Virus record (IMG/VR): IMGVR_UViG_3300042892_000963
Span: 1-57,591 of that record
Direction: 5' to 3' (one strand)
DNA from: a virus
Taxonomy: Duplodnaviria > Caudoviricetes
Length of the DNA: 57,591 nt
Of this stretch, positions 1-9,530 are shown one piece after another. A program made the translations under genes and the position numbers. Position 1 is the stretch's first letter. Each line of letters opens with the position of its first letter. The notes beneath the pieces are model-generated. The model was not told the origin of the DNA. It ran no database searches and saw only the letters and a list, made by a program, of their open reading frames with translations.

Positions 1-2
1 GG

Positions 3-83
3 CATACCAACGCTGCTGTGCAAAAGGCCTACGAGCAATATTCGATCATGCTGAACCTTGCAGGGTATCAAAGAAAAATATGA
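3..83 (+). CDS. 3' end of a hypothetical protein (partial)
   Basis: Open frame HTNAAVQKAYEQYSIMLNLAGYQRKI*; its stop overlaps the kdsB start (ATGA). Confidence 0.6.
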   Translation, partial: HTNAAVQKAYEQYSIMLNLAGYQRKI

Positions 84-739
84 AAACTGCTGTTGTCATT
101 CCAGCAAGACTAGATAGTTCACGGTTTCCAAACAAGATGCTGTGCGATGTTGGAGGTCAGACTCTAATACGCAGAGTATACGAACAATGTTTGAAAACAG
201 GATTTGATGTCTATGTGGCCACAGACAGCAAAGAAATCGCCGATCAGGTAGACAATGCGATCTTTGCCTACGACTGTGAAAATGGAACTGCTCGTATTGC
301 AGAAGCATATAAACAGATGCCGCACTATGATTGCATCATCAATGTTCAGGGTGATATGGTTGTTGTTCCTGTAGAAGATGTTCTCAAACTACCGGCATTG
401 TTAGACATGCACGATGTTGCTACACTTAAACACCCAATGCAGCCGGACCAGCAACACGATCCAAACACTGTTAAGGTAATTTCCAGCAACGGAGAAGCAC
501 ATTGGTTCTGTCGTGCGCCGCTGAAGTATGGAGATTGGCATTATGGAATCTATGCCTATCGAACCCCTGCATTGAAATGCTATAGAAGTTTAACTGTTTA
601 TCCAGAAGAGTCAATAGAAAGCCTTGAACAACTGCGTTGGATACAAAATGGATACACCATAGGCATCACCGATGCTGGAGTGGCTGCTGAAATTAATACA
701 CCTGAAGATTTGGAATCGTTCAAAAAACAAACATATTGA
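80..739 (+). CDS. kdsB: 3-deoxy-manno-octulosonate cytidylyltransferase (CMP-Kdo synthetase)
   Basis: IPARLDSSRFPNK, NGTARIAEA, INVQGD, HYGIYAYR and ESLEQLRW motifs typical of KdsB. Confidence 0.92.
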   Translation: MKTAVVIPARLDSSRFPNKMLCDVGGQTLIRRVYEQCLKTGFDVYVATDSKEIADQVDNAIFAYDCENGTARIAEAYKQMPHYDCIINVQGDMVVVPVEDVLKLPALLDMHDVATLKHPMQPDQQHDPNTVKVISSNGEAHWFCRAPLKYGDWHYGIYAYRTPALKCYRSLTVYPEESIESLEQLRWIQNGYTIGITDAGVAAEINTPEDLESFKKQTY

Positions 740-764
740 CAGGTTTTCTAAAAGATAGTATAAT
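736..764 (+). promoter_or_regulatory. sigma70-type promoter
   Basis: TTGACA(736-741)-17 bp-TATAAT(759-764), exact consensus. Confidence 0.9.
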
Positions 765-799
765 TAACTTGTTCGGCAGAATAATCTTAAGGAATAAAA

Positions 800-1633
800 A
801 TGCGTAGTCATTATTGGACATGTTCAAAATTTGCAGATTGGCTTCGTGGTTCGCCAAAACTCAAGTGTGGCACCAGTGAAGAATGGGATGCTTGGTATGC
901 CAGTTCAGCTAAAGCGCATCCTGTCCGTTATTGGGTCGCTGAAGAAGGCCTCGATCATCTCCAAAAATTTGTCTATTACATACCAGATAAACTAAATGAC
1001 GTTCGCTATTATATTAATAATCGCTGGGTTACTCGCAGTCATGCCCTTACTGCCCATCCCCGAGATATTAAACCGGGCACTTGGCGTGATGTGGGCAATC
1101 GCTTTCTTCCTTGTCTTTTCAACGAGCTTGTGGATTTTGTTGAAATAGAACAAGCATGGCATCACTGCATTTGGAGTGATGATGCTAAGACTAAATTTGA
1201 AACTCCGTGGTGGCGCAAGGGCTGGCTGCGTTGGAGAGCTTGGCGCTGTCCAGAAGCAGGTATGGAATACCTGCGTTGGGCTGAAACATTGACTAACGCT
1301 GAGTTTTTAGAAGAAGGTGAAAAGCATCTAGCTGAACCCACATATCAAGCCAAAGCCGCTAAAGAAATCATCGAGCTTTACACCTGGTGGACTGTTACCT
1401 ATCGCAATCGTCCAGACCCTATGGAAGCAAGTGGATGGTCAGCTCACTGTGATGCTATGCGTGTCAAGTATCCTGGCAGTTTCTTCTCTAGTCTAAATTC
1501 AAAAGATCCCGAAGACCGTAAAGCCAGCAACAAGGCTCATAAGCTGCTTAGTAAAATTGAAAAAGCCTATGAAAAGGAAGATGAAGAAATGATGATTCGC
1601 CTTATCAAGATTCGCGAAAGCCTGTGGACATAA
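800..1633 (+). CDS. hypothetical phage protein (Trp-rich)
   Basis: 277-aa ORF with AAGGA RBS, downstream of the promoter. Confidence 0.8.
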   Translation: MRSHYWTCSKFADWLRGSPKLKCGTSEEWDAWYASSAKAHPVRYWVAEEGLDHLQKFVYYIPDKLNDVRYYINNRWVTRSHALTAHPRDIKPGTWRDVGNRFLPCLFNELVDFVEIEQAWHHCIWSDDAKTKFETPWWRKGWLRWRAWRCPEAGMEYLRWAETLTNAEFLEEGEKHLAEPTYQAKAAKEIIELYTWWTVTYRNRPDPMEASGWSAHCDAMRVKYPGSFFSSLNSKDPEDRKASNKAHKLLSKIEKAYEKEDEEMMIRLIKIRESLWT

Positions 1634-1634
1634 C

Positions 1635-1856
1635 ATGAGCATACCAGATAACAATTCTCACAGTATTGAAGATCTCTATGCTAAGTATCTGCAGTTCACC
1701 GGAATCATGTTAGAAGAATATAAAGATATTGAGATAGCGGGTATTATGATCACACAAGCTCTCAGCATGTATAAAACTGTGTTAGCAGAAGAAGATTATC
1801 AACGAATGGTAAAAAGCATATATGAAAGAAGAAACGATGTCAAAACCTTCAACTGA
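1635..1856 (+). CDS. hypothetical protein
   Basis: Tightly packed ORF within the operon. Confidence 0.7.
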   Translation: MSIPDNNSHSIEDLYAKYLQFTGIMLEEYKDIEIAGIMITQALSMYKTVLAEEDYQRMVKSIYERRNDVKTFN

Positions 1857-2235
1857 ACTTACACCTCAGACTCCTGCACAAGGAATCCTCAAACGTAATA
1901 GTTGGGGAGATGCCATCACCTATCAAGTCACTTGTGAATGTCAAGATGCCAATCACGATCACAATGTTTGGGTCGAAGCTGATGATCATCGTGTGACTGT
2001 TACTACCTATACCACACAAAAGTCTCAATGGTGGAGTCTCAATCGTTGGCAGACCATTTGGCGATTGCTGACCAAAGGATATGTTGAGTACGAAGCTAAC
2101 ATCATTATGACTGAGCAACAGGCTCTTAATTATGCAGAAACACTGAAGAAAGCAATCAAAGATGTTAGTGCATTCAAACAACCAAAAGAGAATAGCGCAG
2201 CCGTTAAGGCAGCATCTGAACAAGACTGTGTATGA
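1837..2235 (+). CDS. hypothetical protein
   Basis: Overlapping packed ORF; start at 1822 or 1837. Confidence 0.7.
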   Translation: MSKPSTELTPQTPAQGILKRNSWGDAITYQVTCECQDANHDHNVWVEADDHRVTVTTYTTQKSQWWSLNRWQTIWRLLTKGYVEYEANIIMTEQQALNYAETLKKAIKDVSAFKQPKENSAAVKAASEQDCV

Positions 2236-2804
2236 CCAAAGTATCAAAAAGTCCCCAACGACATTCCTTCCAAAAAGAAGGATATGTTAACCGTCAGACA
2301 GAAAAAAACGAACCCATCAACGACGATTATCTCGACCTGTTTGATAAGATTCTGGACGAACACAAGCATAAGTTTGATGACCCGCAACGCCGTATAAACA
2401 ATATGGAATACGATCTACTGACCACTGATTGGATTCTAGACAAAGTTCGTGCTGAAGAATCATACGCTCAAAACATGTATGCGGCAATGTGCAATAACGA
2501 CTTCATCAAATTAGAAGTTATTCCTATCCTTAGACAAGATCCAGACAAAGACTATTGGTCAGCTTCCTGGCGCAGTGCCGGGGGCATCGTTGCAGACATG
2601 CGTGAACAAGGCGACTATATTGATTGGTACTGCTCAGGAATGGGCGGGCTTAGTGGGTATGACAAGGATAGTGAAACATATGAAGAGTGGCAAGCTCGTA
2701 CTAAGTATGTTCCTGAAGGGTTAGTAACCGACGAGATCCGGAATGATCTCCAACGTCTTGGCTGGGCAATAGTGCCTGGTGGAGATTGGGAAAAATTTAC
2801 TTAA
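2232..2804 (+). CDS. hypothetical protein
   Basis: ATGA-coupled 190-aa ORF. Confidence 0.75.
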   Translation: MTKVSKSPQRHSFQKEGYVNRQTEKNEPINDDYLDLFDKILDEHKHKFDDPQRRINNMEYDLLTTDWILDKVRAEESYAQNMYAAMCNNDFIKLEVIPILRQDPDKDYWSASWRSAGGIVADMREQGDYIDWYCSGMGGLSGYDKDSETYEEWQARTKYVPEGLVTDEIRNDLQRLGWAIVPGGDWEKFT

Positions 2805-2822
2805 GGAGATTGTGTTAGTATC

Positions 2823-3017
2823 ATGAACTTTGAACTATACGAAGTTTGGGCGGTGGATGAAGCCGGTCACGAAGAATTGGTAGAAACCACCAGCAGTAGA
2901 AAAGAAGCGTTGGAGATAGCAGAAGCTAATCTCGGATTGGGTGTTATGGAAGCTGTGGTTTATCAAGAAGATGAAAACGGTGACCTACATGAAATCAAAC
3001 GATTTAATCATGGTTGA
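2823..3017 (+). CDS. small acidic hypothetical protein
   Basis: AAGGAG upstream; 64 aa. Confidence 0.7.
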   Translation: MNFELYEVWAVDEAGHEELVETTSSRKEALEIAEANLGLGVMEAVVYQEDENGDLHEIKRFNHG

Positions 3018-3042
3018 CAACCTCGCCGTTTGGTGCTATAAT
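3014..3042 (+). promoter_or_regulatory. sigma70-type promoter with extended -10
   Basis: TTGACA(3014-3019)-17 bp-TATAAT(3037-3042), preceded by TG-N. Confidence 0.9.
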
Positions 3043-3073
3043 ATATGTATTGTTTAACAACAGGAGTGACTAA

Positions 3074-4249
3074 ATGGTAACCAAACTAAAAAAAGCATCT
3101 ATTGCGATCCGCCAAAACAAAGGGCGTGATCTAAGTCCAAAATGGGACGATCACGAGACCATGACTGCTGATGAATTTAGTCGACACTTCCGGATGGCCA
3201 TGAGTTATTATCGTTTGGAAACCAGCGGCAAAGAACTCAAACCCAAAGTTATTAATTGGATGAGCAGCCAGAACTATCCAAAAGATGTTATTAAAGCGTT
3301 TAAAGATACCAAAGACAATCGCTGTGGCACAACCGTAGGTGCTATTGCTGCTAATCTGTTGCGTGGTATGCCGGCAATTCGTGCAGACTTCAACGAAGGT
3401 CGCAACACCGCAGAATGGTTGAGTAAATCTATTGCTAAAATTATCGAAGAAGGCAAACATGATGAGACTGAGTCCGAAGAAGGCGCAGTAGAAATCAAGC
3501 CAGCAGTTTACACTCCGTCTATTCAAGAGAGACTTCGTGAAGTTGCATTGGGCATGACTGAAGAGATCGAAGATGCCATTGAGTCATTCCAAACAGATCC
3601 AGATGCATTTGATCCAAAAGCATTTAAACTGTTAAATCTTCTGCGTGGTCGTCAAGCCAAAGCTGCTCACGCTCGTATTATTAAAGACTTGTACACCCGT
3701 AACTATGAAGAATTGGTAGAAGCAGCCACTACCAAAGACGAACAGTTAAAAGAAGGGTATTCTCATTTGAGCAAGGCCAACTTGAAAAAGATCACGCTGT
3801 TCTACAGCGAAATCCTTTCAGCCTGCGATATGCTGGCTCAAGAAGCCAAGGTCAATAAAAAGCCTCGTGCCAAGAAGCCTACTGATAAAGCCAAGGTTGT
3901 GGCCAAGATGAAGTATCTCAAACAGGACGAGACACTTAAATTAGTTTCTATTAATCCGCAGGACATCATCGGTGCTAAAGAACTGTGGATCTACAATGTT
4001 AAGACACGTAAATTGGGCAAGTATGTGGCTGCGGAATTCAACGATCTCGGAGTTAAAGGCACCACAATTACTGGATCTGATCCAATGAAAAGTGTTCAGA
4101 AAACCCTGCGCAAGCCAGAAGAGCAGCTTAAAGAGTTCAAAGCAGCTGGCAAAGTGCAGTTACGCAAGTTCTTAGACGATATCAAAGCTGTGGATATCAA
4201 ACTCAACGGCAGGATCAACGAGGATACTGTGCTACTCAAAGTACAATAA
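3074..4249 (+). CDS. hypothetical phage protein (basic C-terminal domain)
   Basis: 391 aa, AGGAG RBS, own promoter and terminator. Confidence 0.85.
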   Translation: MVTKLKKASIAIRQNKGRDLSPKWDDHETMTADEFSRHFRMAMSYYRLETSGKELKPKVINWMSSQNYPKDVIKAFKDTKDNRCGTTVGAIAANLLRGMPAIRADFNEGRNTAEWLSKSIAKIIEEGKHDETESEEGAVEIKPAVYTPSIQERLREVALGMTEEIEDAIESFQTDPDAFDPKAFKLLNLLRGRQAKAAHARIIKDLYTRNYEELVEAATTKDEQLKEGYSHLSKANLKKITLFYSEILSACDMLAQEAKVNKKPRAKKPTDKAKVVAKMKYLKQDETLKLVSINPQDIIGAKELWIYNVKTRKLGKYVAAEFNDLGVKGTTITGSDPMKSVQKTLRKPEEQLKEFKAAGKVQLRKFLDDIKAVDIKLNGRINEDTVLLKVQ

Positions 4250-4266
4250 CAAAGTAAATTCTCAGT

Positions 4267-4292
4267 AAAAAGCGGGCTTCGGTCCGCTTTTT
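4267..4292. terminator. intrinsic terminator, potentially bidirectional
   Basis: AAAAAGCGGGC-TTCG-GTCCGCTTTTT: cUUCGg tetraloop with flanking A and T tracts. Confidence 0.9.
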
Positions 4293-4302
4293 CGTTGGCG
4301 GA

Positions 4303-4308
4303 TAAATA
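4303..4308 (+). promoter_or_regulatory. T4-like late promoter core TAAATA
   Basis: gaTAAATA directly after the terminator and 7 nt before ATG 4316. The same core recurs before many genes (e.g. 7641, 10842, ~12381, ~24452, ~34530, 42490, 42880, 46775, ~46969). Confidence 0.7.
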
Positions 4309-4315
4309 CATTACT

Positions 4316-5410
4316 ATGAGCAATGTCAATAATTTATTAGCCGCACTAGGCGATGAGATCAACGCAATCGCACAAACCGCTGCCCCAGATGTCAAAGAAA
4401 TCGCAAGGAAAATGCCGTTTCGATCCCTTTCAGGAGATCACATTTCCGGAGGCAAAATACAAAACTTTGCCAGCACTGGTATCACAGATACCGCTGTAAA
4501 AACTCAGCTTACTGTAAGCAACGACGGTGTAACTGTTAAGAATCTATTTGTAGAAAACATAGATAATCTCACAGTCGCAGGCACGTTAAAAACCAAGATT
4601 CTAGAAGTTGATGAGATACGTGCTGACATCAAGTTTGAAAAAGATGTGCCTATCACGTTTTCAGGAGATACCTTAGATGGCAAAGGACTGCTGTGGGCTG
4701 GACAAGGTAACACCAAACAGCTGATATTCAATTCAAACCCTGACAGGTTTTTTATATCAGAACACATTGATCTAGCACGTGGTAAATCGATTTCTGTCAA
4801 CAACATTAAAATAATAGATGAGTTAGAGTTAGGTCCTACTATAACTAAAAGTAATCTTAGAGAAGTTGGACGTCTAAAGGGTTTGATAGTAGACGGTGGG
4901 TTTAATGTTGGCCAGTACATGGTGTTTGATGCTAACACCAGTCGATTAGGATTAGGCACAGAAAACCCCAATGCCGCTCTGAGCATTGTAGACGATGGTG
5001 TAGAATTAGTGTTAGGCGCCAAGGATACTGTAAAAGCATTTATTGGCACATATGCCAGCAATAATTTAGAATTAGGCACAGACAATACTGCAAGAATAAT
5101 TATTTCATCTAGCGGCAACATAACACTAGGCAATCCGACAATTGCACCAGTTCAGGTCAGTGTGCATGGGAAACTGTCAGTGCGAGTATCAACTCCAGAT
5201 CCAGAAGTTGATCTTCATGTCAACGGTGCGGTGAGATTCAACAACAGACTGCAAAAATATGACAGTACGTATCCCACATCTGGATCGTACAACGAAGGCG
5301 ACATCATATGGAACATACAACCAAGAATGAACTCCTACGTGGGTTGGGTTTGTATTCAAACCGGAGCACCCGGTCTGTGGTCTCCGTTTGGTAAAATTGG
5401 AAATTCATAA
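4316..5410 (+). CDS. putative virion/tail-fibre-type protein (paralog 1)
   Basis: Beta-rich repeats (RLGLGTENPNAAL, LHVNG) and C-terminal GWVC..GAPGLW; late promoter upstream. Confidence 0.65.
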   Translation: MSNVNNLLAALGDEINAIAQTAAPDVKEIARKMPFRSLSGDHISGGKIQNFASTGITDTAVKTQLTVSNDGVTVKNLFVENIDNLTVAGTLKTKILEVDEIRADIKFEKDVPITFSGDTLDGKGLLWAGQGNTKQLIFNSNPDRFFISEHIDLARGKSISVNNIKIIDELELGPTITKSNLREVGRLKGLIVDGGFNVGQYMVFDANTSRLGLGTENPNAALSIVDDGVELVLGAKDTVKAFIGTYASNNLELGTDNTARIIISSSGNITLGNPTIAPVQVSVHGKLSVRVSTPDPEVDLHVNGAVRFNNRLQKYDSTYPTSGSYNEGDIIWNIQPRMNSYVGWVCIQTGAPGLWSPFGKIGNS

Positions 5411-5411
5411 T

Positions 5412-6254
5412 ATGGCAAGTCAAGAAAAATTAAATGCCCTAACAACCTTGTTGCAAGAAGTACTTCAGGAAGGTCAAGACATCAACTCTGCTGAATTTCC
5501 TTACATAGTTATCAAAGGTGATATCAATGGCAAAGGCATACTGTGGAGTGGGCAAGGACATAATAAACAATTTTTGTTTAACACTGACCCTGATAGATTT
5601 TTTGTTTCCGAAAGTATCGATTTAGCAAAAAATAAAAACCTATCTATCAATAACATCAAAATACTAGACGAAAAAGAACTAGGAGCTACCGTAACAAAAA
5701 GCAGTCTCCGAGAAGTTGGACATCTCAAAGGATTGATAGTAGACGGTGGGTTTAGTGTAAATCAGTATTTGATCTATGACTCCAACACTGATCGCCTAGG
5801 GTTAGGCACAGATCAACCCAAAGCCGCTGTTAACATTATAGATCAAAATGTAGACATTGTTATAGGTGCATCATCGCCAAACACTGCTATGATTGGCACT
5901 TACAATTACACAGATTTAGACATCGGCACTGACCACACTGCACGGATTTCTATCAAGGCCGGTGGCAACGTAGTTATAGGAAACCCTGCGACAGGGGATA
6001 CTAAAGTTGCTATCATAGGTTCTCTAGCTATCAATGTCAGCAGTGCTGATCCACGCAGCAGTCTGCATGTTAACGGAGCATTAAAGTTCAATGACAAACT
6101 GCACCTTGGAGGCAACGAACCGCCTGTCAGTGGCGGGTTCAACGAAGGTGATGTAGTATGGAACAATTATCCGACCCCTGGAAAATTTGTGGGTTGGGTA
6201 TGTACCAAATCAGGCAGTCCTGGCATATGGAACGGATTCGGCAGAATTGAATAA
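5412..6254 (+). CDS. putative virion/tail-fibre-type protein (paralog 2)
   Basis: Colinear with the previous ORF (GKGILWSGQG, PDRFF, LREVG.LKGLIVDGGF, GWVC..G.PG.W). Confidence 0.65.
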   Translation: MASQEKLNALTTLLQEVLQEGQDINSAEFPYIVIKGDINGKGILWSGQGHNKQFLFNTDPDRFFVSESIDLAKNKNLSINNIKILDEKELGATVTKSSLREVGHLKGLIVDGGFSVNQYLIYDSNTDRLGLGTDQPKAAVNIIDQNVDIVIGASSPNTAMIGTYNYTDLDIGTDHTARISIKAGGNVVIGNPATGDTKVAIIGSLAINVSSADPRSSLHVNGALKFNDKLHLGGNEPPVSGGFNEGDVVWNNYPTPGKFVGWVCTKSGSPGIWNGFGRIE

Positions 6255-6847
6255 TGCCACAAGCATTGGTAATCGGCAATGGCGAAAGTAGACGTCATGT
6301 TGATGTTAGTACATACACTCAACATATACTCATAGGCTGCAATGCCATACACAGAGATCTCAATGTCGATCATTTGATCTGTTGTGATCGTAGAATGGCA
6401 GAAGAAGCTGTAAATAATCCCAATACCAAAGACACAGAAATCTATGTACGTGATCATTGGCATCACTACTTTAGAAAAATAAGAAAAAACAAAAACATCA
6501 ATCTGTTACCCGAGGTACCAACTACAGGCGAAGCAAAAGTCAACCAAGCTGAACATTGGGGCAGTGGTGGATACGCTGTGTTATTGGCGGCTGCATTAGG
6601 TCATCAAGAAGTCACTATGATTGGTTTTGATCTGTATCCAATTGATCATGCGGTGAACAACATCTACAAAGGCACTGTGAATTATGCCAGAGCTGGATCG
6701 CAGGCAGTGGATCCCAGCTATTGGGTTTATCAGATTGCATCAGTATTCACACATTATCCCGATACCACGTTTGTGATCTATAATAGACAGGGGTGGACAA
6801 TGCCATCAGAATGGAGAAAAAATAATGTGGAATTCATTGCATTATAA
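6254..6847 (+). CDS. CstII/GT42- or Maf/MptE-fold putative CMP-sugar transferase
   Basis: VIGNGESR, GCNA and SGGYAVLLAAALGHQEVTMIGFDLY resemble the CstII motifs GNGPS, RCN and SG.YM...A.ALGY.EIYL.GIDFY. Confidence 0.6.
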   Translation: MPQALVIGNGESRRHVDVSTYTQHILIGCNAIHRDLNVDHLICCDRRMAEEAVNNPNTKDTEIYVRDHWHHYFRKIRKNKNINLLPEVPTTGEAKVNQAEHWGSGGYAVLLAAALGHQEVTMIGFDLYPIDHAVNNIYKGTVNYARAGSQAVDPSYWVYQIASVFTHYPDTTFVIYNRQGWTMPSEWRKNNVEFIAL

Positions 6848-6865
6848 ATAGAAATGTAATATAAT
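6837..6865 (+). promoter_or_regulatory. sigma70-type promoter with a nested late TATAAATA
   Basis: TTGCAT(6837-6842)-17 bp-TATAAT(6860-6865); TATAAATA at 6843-6850 lies in the spacer. Confidence 0.75.
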
Positions 6866-6883
6866 ATTACAATACACACACAA

Positions 6884-6928
6884 AGAGGACTCTATGGCAT
6901 CATCCCTCTCTAAACACTCTGCAGTCAT
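6884..6928 (+). ncRNA. candidate preQ1-I-like pseudoknot leader of queD
   Basis: Stem AGAGG/CCTCT, loop ending CATC, tail CTAAACACTC, loop-tail complementarity ATGGC/GTCAT. Confidence 0.5.
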
Positions 6929-6960
6929 CAAACTTGCTACCTATATAAAGGAGACTAGAG

Positions 6961-7485
6961 ATGGCAAAATATCTTTCAACAAAAACTTACGGCAACGACC
7001 GCGGACTTTCATGCTGTTTTAGACAGTGGAGAAGTACACATAGTCACTGCTCATTACTACACGGATACTCAATCGGTATCAAATTAATTTTCGAATCAGA
7101 AACCTTAGACGACCGCAATTGGGTCATGGATTTCGGCGGCCTCAAAGCGTTTAAAGAGTGGTCAGAGTGGCAGTTTGATCATACTACTGTAATGGGCAGT
7201 GATGATCCTCATCTAGAAAAGTTCAAAGAACTGGCTAAGTTAGGCAAGCAAGCAGAAGGCGGTGTACTGGATCTACGTATTGTAGAAGCAGTAGGTTGCG
7301 AAAAGTTTGCTGAGTTGGCTTATCGAACTATGAACGAAATCCTAGAAGCATACAAAGAAGGTCGAGGTTGGACACATCCAGACGGTCGTGTGTTTGAAGC
7401 ACGTTATCCTGTTGGTCAAGGTGTCAACCTTCGCAGTGCTGAAGTATTTGAACACGCTGGCAACTCGGCAATTTATGAGGCCTAA
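6961..7485 (+). CDS. queD: 6-carboxy-5,6,7,8-tetrahydropterin synthase (QueD/PTPS family)
   Basis: CSLLHGY (CxxxHGx), WVMDFGGLK, FDH and GCEKFAE motifs. Confidence 0.88.
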   Translation: MAKYLSTKTYGNDRGLSCCFRQWRSTHSHCSLLHGYSIGIKLIFESETLDDRNWVMDFGGLKAFKEWSEWQFDHTTVMGSDDPHLEKFKELAKLGKQAEGGVLDLRIVEAVGCEKFAELAYRTMNEILEAYKEGRGWTHPDGRVFEARYPVGQGVNLRSAEVFEHAGNSAIYEA

Positions 7486-7643
7486 TGAAAAGGCTTTGGC
7501 GTTTATGGGCTAAAGCACTAGGTGAAAAATCAGGTGCTACTGATCGAGAAGCTGATTCAGTAGCACTTGTTCGTACAGTTATCATACTGACCTATATTAT
7601 TACAAACCTGTTTATTATCGCTGGTGTCATTAGACATTGGTAA
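7485..7643 (+). CDS. small membrane protein (not in ORF track)
   Basis: [15 protein letters not shown]...IIAGVIRHW, 52 aa, one TM segment; TAATG-coupled to queD. Confidence 0.7.
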   Translation: MKRLWRLWAKALGEKSGATDREADSVALVRTVIILTYIITNLFIIAGVIRHW

Positions 7644-7651
7644 ATAATAAT

Positions 7652-8479
7652 ATGCGTACATTTAATATCAACCAACTTACTATCAGTAATAACTTACCGT
7701 TTGTTCTTATTGCTGGTCCGTGTCAAATAGAAAGTCAGGCCCATGCAGAAGACACCTGTGCCAGACTTATTGCTATCACAGCATTGCTGGGCATTCCTCT
7801 AATCTACAAAAGTAGTTTTGACAAAGCTAATCGTTCTAGTATTAGCACTAAACGAGGTGTTGGCATTGAAGAAGGATTACAGATTCTCAATACCATCAAG
7901 CACACTTTTGGAGTGCCTGTTTTAACAGATATTCACGAAAGTTATCAAGCACGAGAATGTGCTGATGCAGGTATTGATATATTACAAATACCTGCGTTCT
8001 TATGTAGACAAACTGATCTATTGTTAGCAGCTGGAGAAACTGGCTGTGCAATCAATGTCAAGAAGGGACAGTTCCTTGCTCCCCACGATATGAAAAACGT
8101 TGCTGCAAAAATTGCGTCAACTGGCAATGAACGCATTATGCTATGCGAAAGAGGATACACTCATGGATACAATAATCTTGTGGTTGACATGCGCAGTCTA
8201 CCTATTATGGCAAGCACTGGCTATCCAGTGGTCTTTGATGCCACTCATTCTGTTCAACAGCCTGGGGGAATGGGAGAAAGATCTGGAGGAGATAGGACCA
8301 TGGTCCCGTACTTGGCGAGAGCTGCTGTAGCCACAGGATGTGTGTCTACACTGTTTATGGAATGTCACGAAGATCCAGATCGCGCTCCTAGCGATGGACC
8401 CAACATGATCAAGCTAGACGACCTCAGCGATATTTTAAAAGACCTGGTAGCCATAGATGAAATTGTCAAAAGAAGATAG
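7652..8479 (+). CDS. kdsA: Kdo-8-phosphate synthase
   Basis: [48 protein letters not shown] and SDGPN motifs. Confidence 0.95.
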   Translation: MRTFNINQLTISNNLPFVLIAGPCQIESQAHAEDTCARLIAITALLGIPLIYKSSFDKANRSSISTKRGVGIEEGLQILNTIKHTFGVPVLTDIHESYQARECADAGIDILQIPAFLCRQTDLLLAAGETGCAINVKKGQFLAPHDMKNVAAKIASTGNERIMLCERGYTHGYNNLVVDMRSLPIMASTGYPVVFDATHSVQQPGGMGERSGGDRTMVPYLARAAVATGCVSTLFMECHEDPDRAPSDGPNMIKLDDLSDILKDLVAIDEIVKRR

Positions 8480-9281
8480 AGCTGGTTGGTCTAAAGAACA
8501 AAGACGGTTTTATAAAGCAAATGGGTATCCCATGCCGTCTGCAGTAATCGGTGAATCGCCACCCGCCGATCATGATCCTAACACAAAAATTACAGTTCTC
8601 TGCGTGAGATTCGGCAACAAGTACGGCCGTGAATATGTAGAGCGTCTGCGTAATATGGTTGCAAGGCATCTCACAGTTCCTTATGAATTTGCCTGCCTCA
8701 CTGACGATCAACATGATATCGCCGGAGTACGCAAGATATATCAACCCAATGCCAACTATGCCAGAGGATGGTGGCACAAGGTTCACATGTTTGATTCTGC
8801 CTTACCTCTCAGAGGAAGAATACTCTATCTCGATCTCGATGTGGTCATTCATGCCAATATGAACAAGCTCACAGGATATCATCCCAACAGCTTTATAGGT
8901 ATTCACGATTTCAACAGAAAATTTTTCCCCAGTTGGAACTATCTCAACAGCTCAGTGTTAGCATGGACTCACGGAACTCAAAGCCATATCTTTAATCAGT
9001 TCAAACTCAACCCATCAGAAGCTCAACGGCTGCAAGGAGATCAAGATTGGATTTGGAAAATAGCTAAAGATAGAATGACGTTTTGGCCTAGAGATTGGAT
9101 TATGAGTTACAAATGGGAGATTCGAAGCAGAGACGAGCTCACTATGGCTAACGGCAGAAGGCAGTTCAAAACGGTAAGACACGATGTTAGCCCTCCCTCG
9201 AATTGTAGTATTGCGGTATTTCACGGTGAACCAAATCCGCAGGATGTTCAGGATAGATTTGTAGTTGACAACTGGCGGTAA
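8457..9281 (+). CDS. GT-A fold glycosyltransferase (GT8-like)
   Basis: LYLDLDVVI DxD motif, NSSV, GDQDWI and FHGEPNP. Confidence 0.75.
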   Translation: MKLSKEDRAGWSKEQRRFYKANGYPMPSAVIGESPPADHDPNTKITVLCVRFGNKYGREYVERLRNMVARHLTVPYEFACLTDDQHDIAGVRKIYQPNANYARGWWHKVHMFDSALPLRGRILYLDLDVVIHANMNKLTGYHPNSFIGIHDFNRKFFPSWNYLNSSVLAWTHGTQSHIFNQFKLNPSEAQRLQGDQDWIWKIAKDRMTFWPRDWIMSYKWEIRSRDELTMANGRRQFKTVRHDVSPPSNCSIAVFHGEPNPQDVQDRFVVDNWR

Positions 9282-9293
9282 TGATGTTATACT
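9265..9293 (+). promoter_or_regulatory. sigma70-type promoter (probably leaderless transcript)
   Basis: TTGACA(9265-9270)-17 bp-TATACT(9288-9293) with TG extension; ATG 6 nt downstream. Confidence 0.85.
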
Positions 9294-9299
9294 TGTAGT

Positions 9300-9530
9300 A
9301 TGAAAATTACTACACATCAGAGTCAAATTCGCACAATCAAACGAGACGATCCCCGTTTTCGTATCGTTGACAAATTTGTAACCTGTGGTAGAGCAGGATT
9401 TGAAATTTCAAAACAATGCCCACGTGAGTACGGATTGATTTTATCTGAATGTATCGATCGAGGATGGATTCAACCTGTGGCTTATATGACAGAACGTGAA
9501 CTTCTTATTTCGGGATTATCTAATGATTAA
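9300..9530 (+). CDS. hypothetical protein
   Basis: 76-aa ORF directly after the promoter. Confidence 0.7.
   Translation: MKITTHQSQIRTIKRDDPRFRIVDKFVTCGRAGFEISKQCPREYGLILSECIDRGWIQPVAYMTERELLISGLSND

Noticed and set aside
6884-6928. Calling the queD leader a canonical preQ1-I riboswitch
   Set aside because: The loop lacks the usual 5' UUC/UCG and the tail is not the canonical A-run, so it is kept only as a candidate variant.
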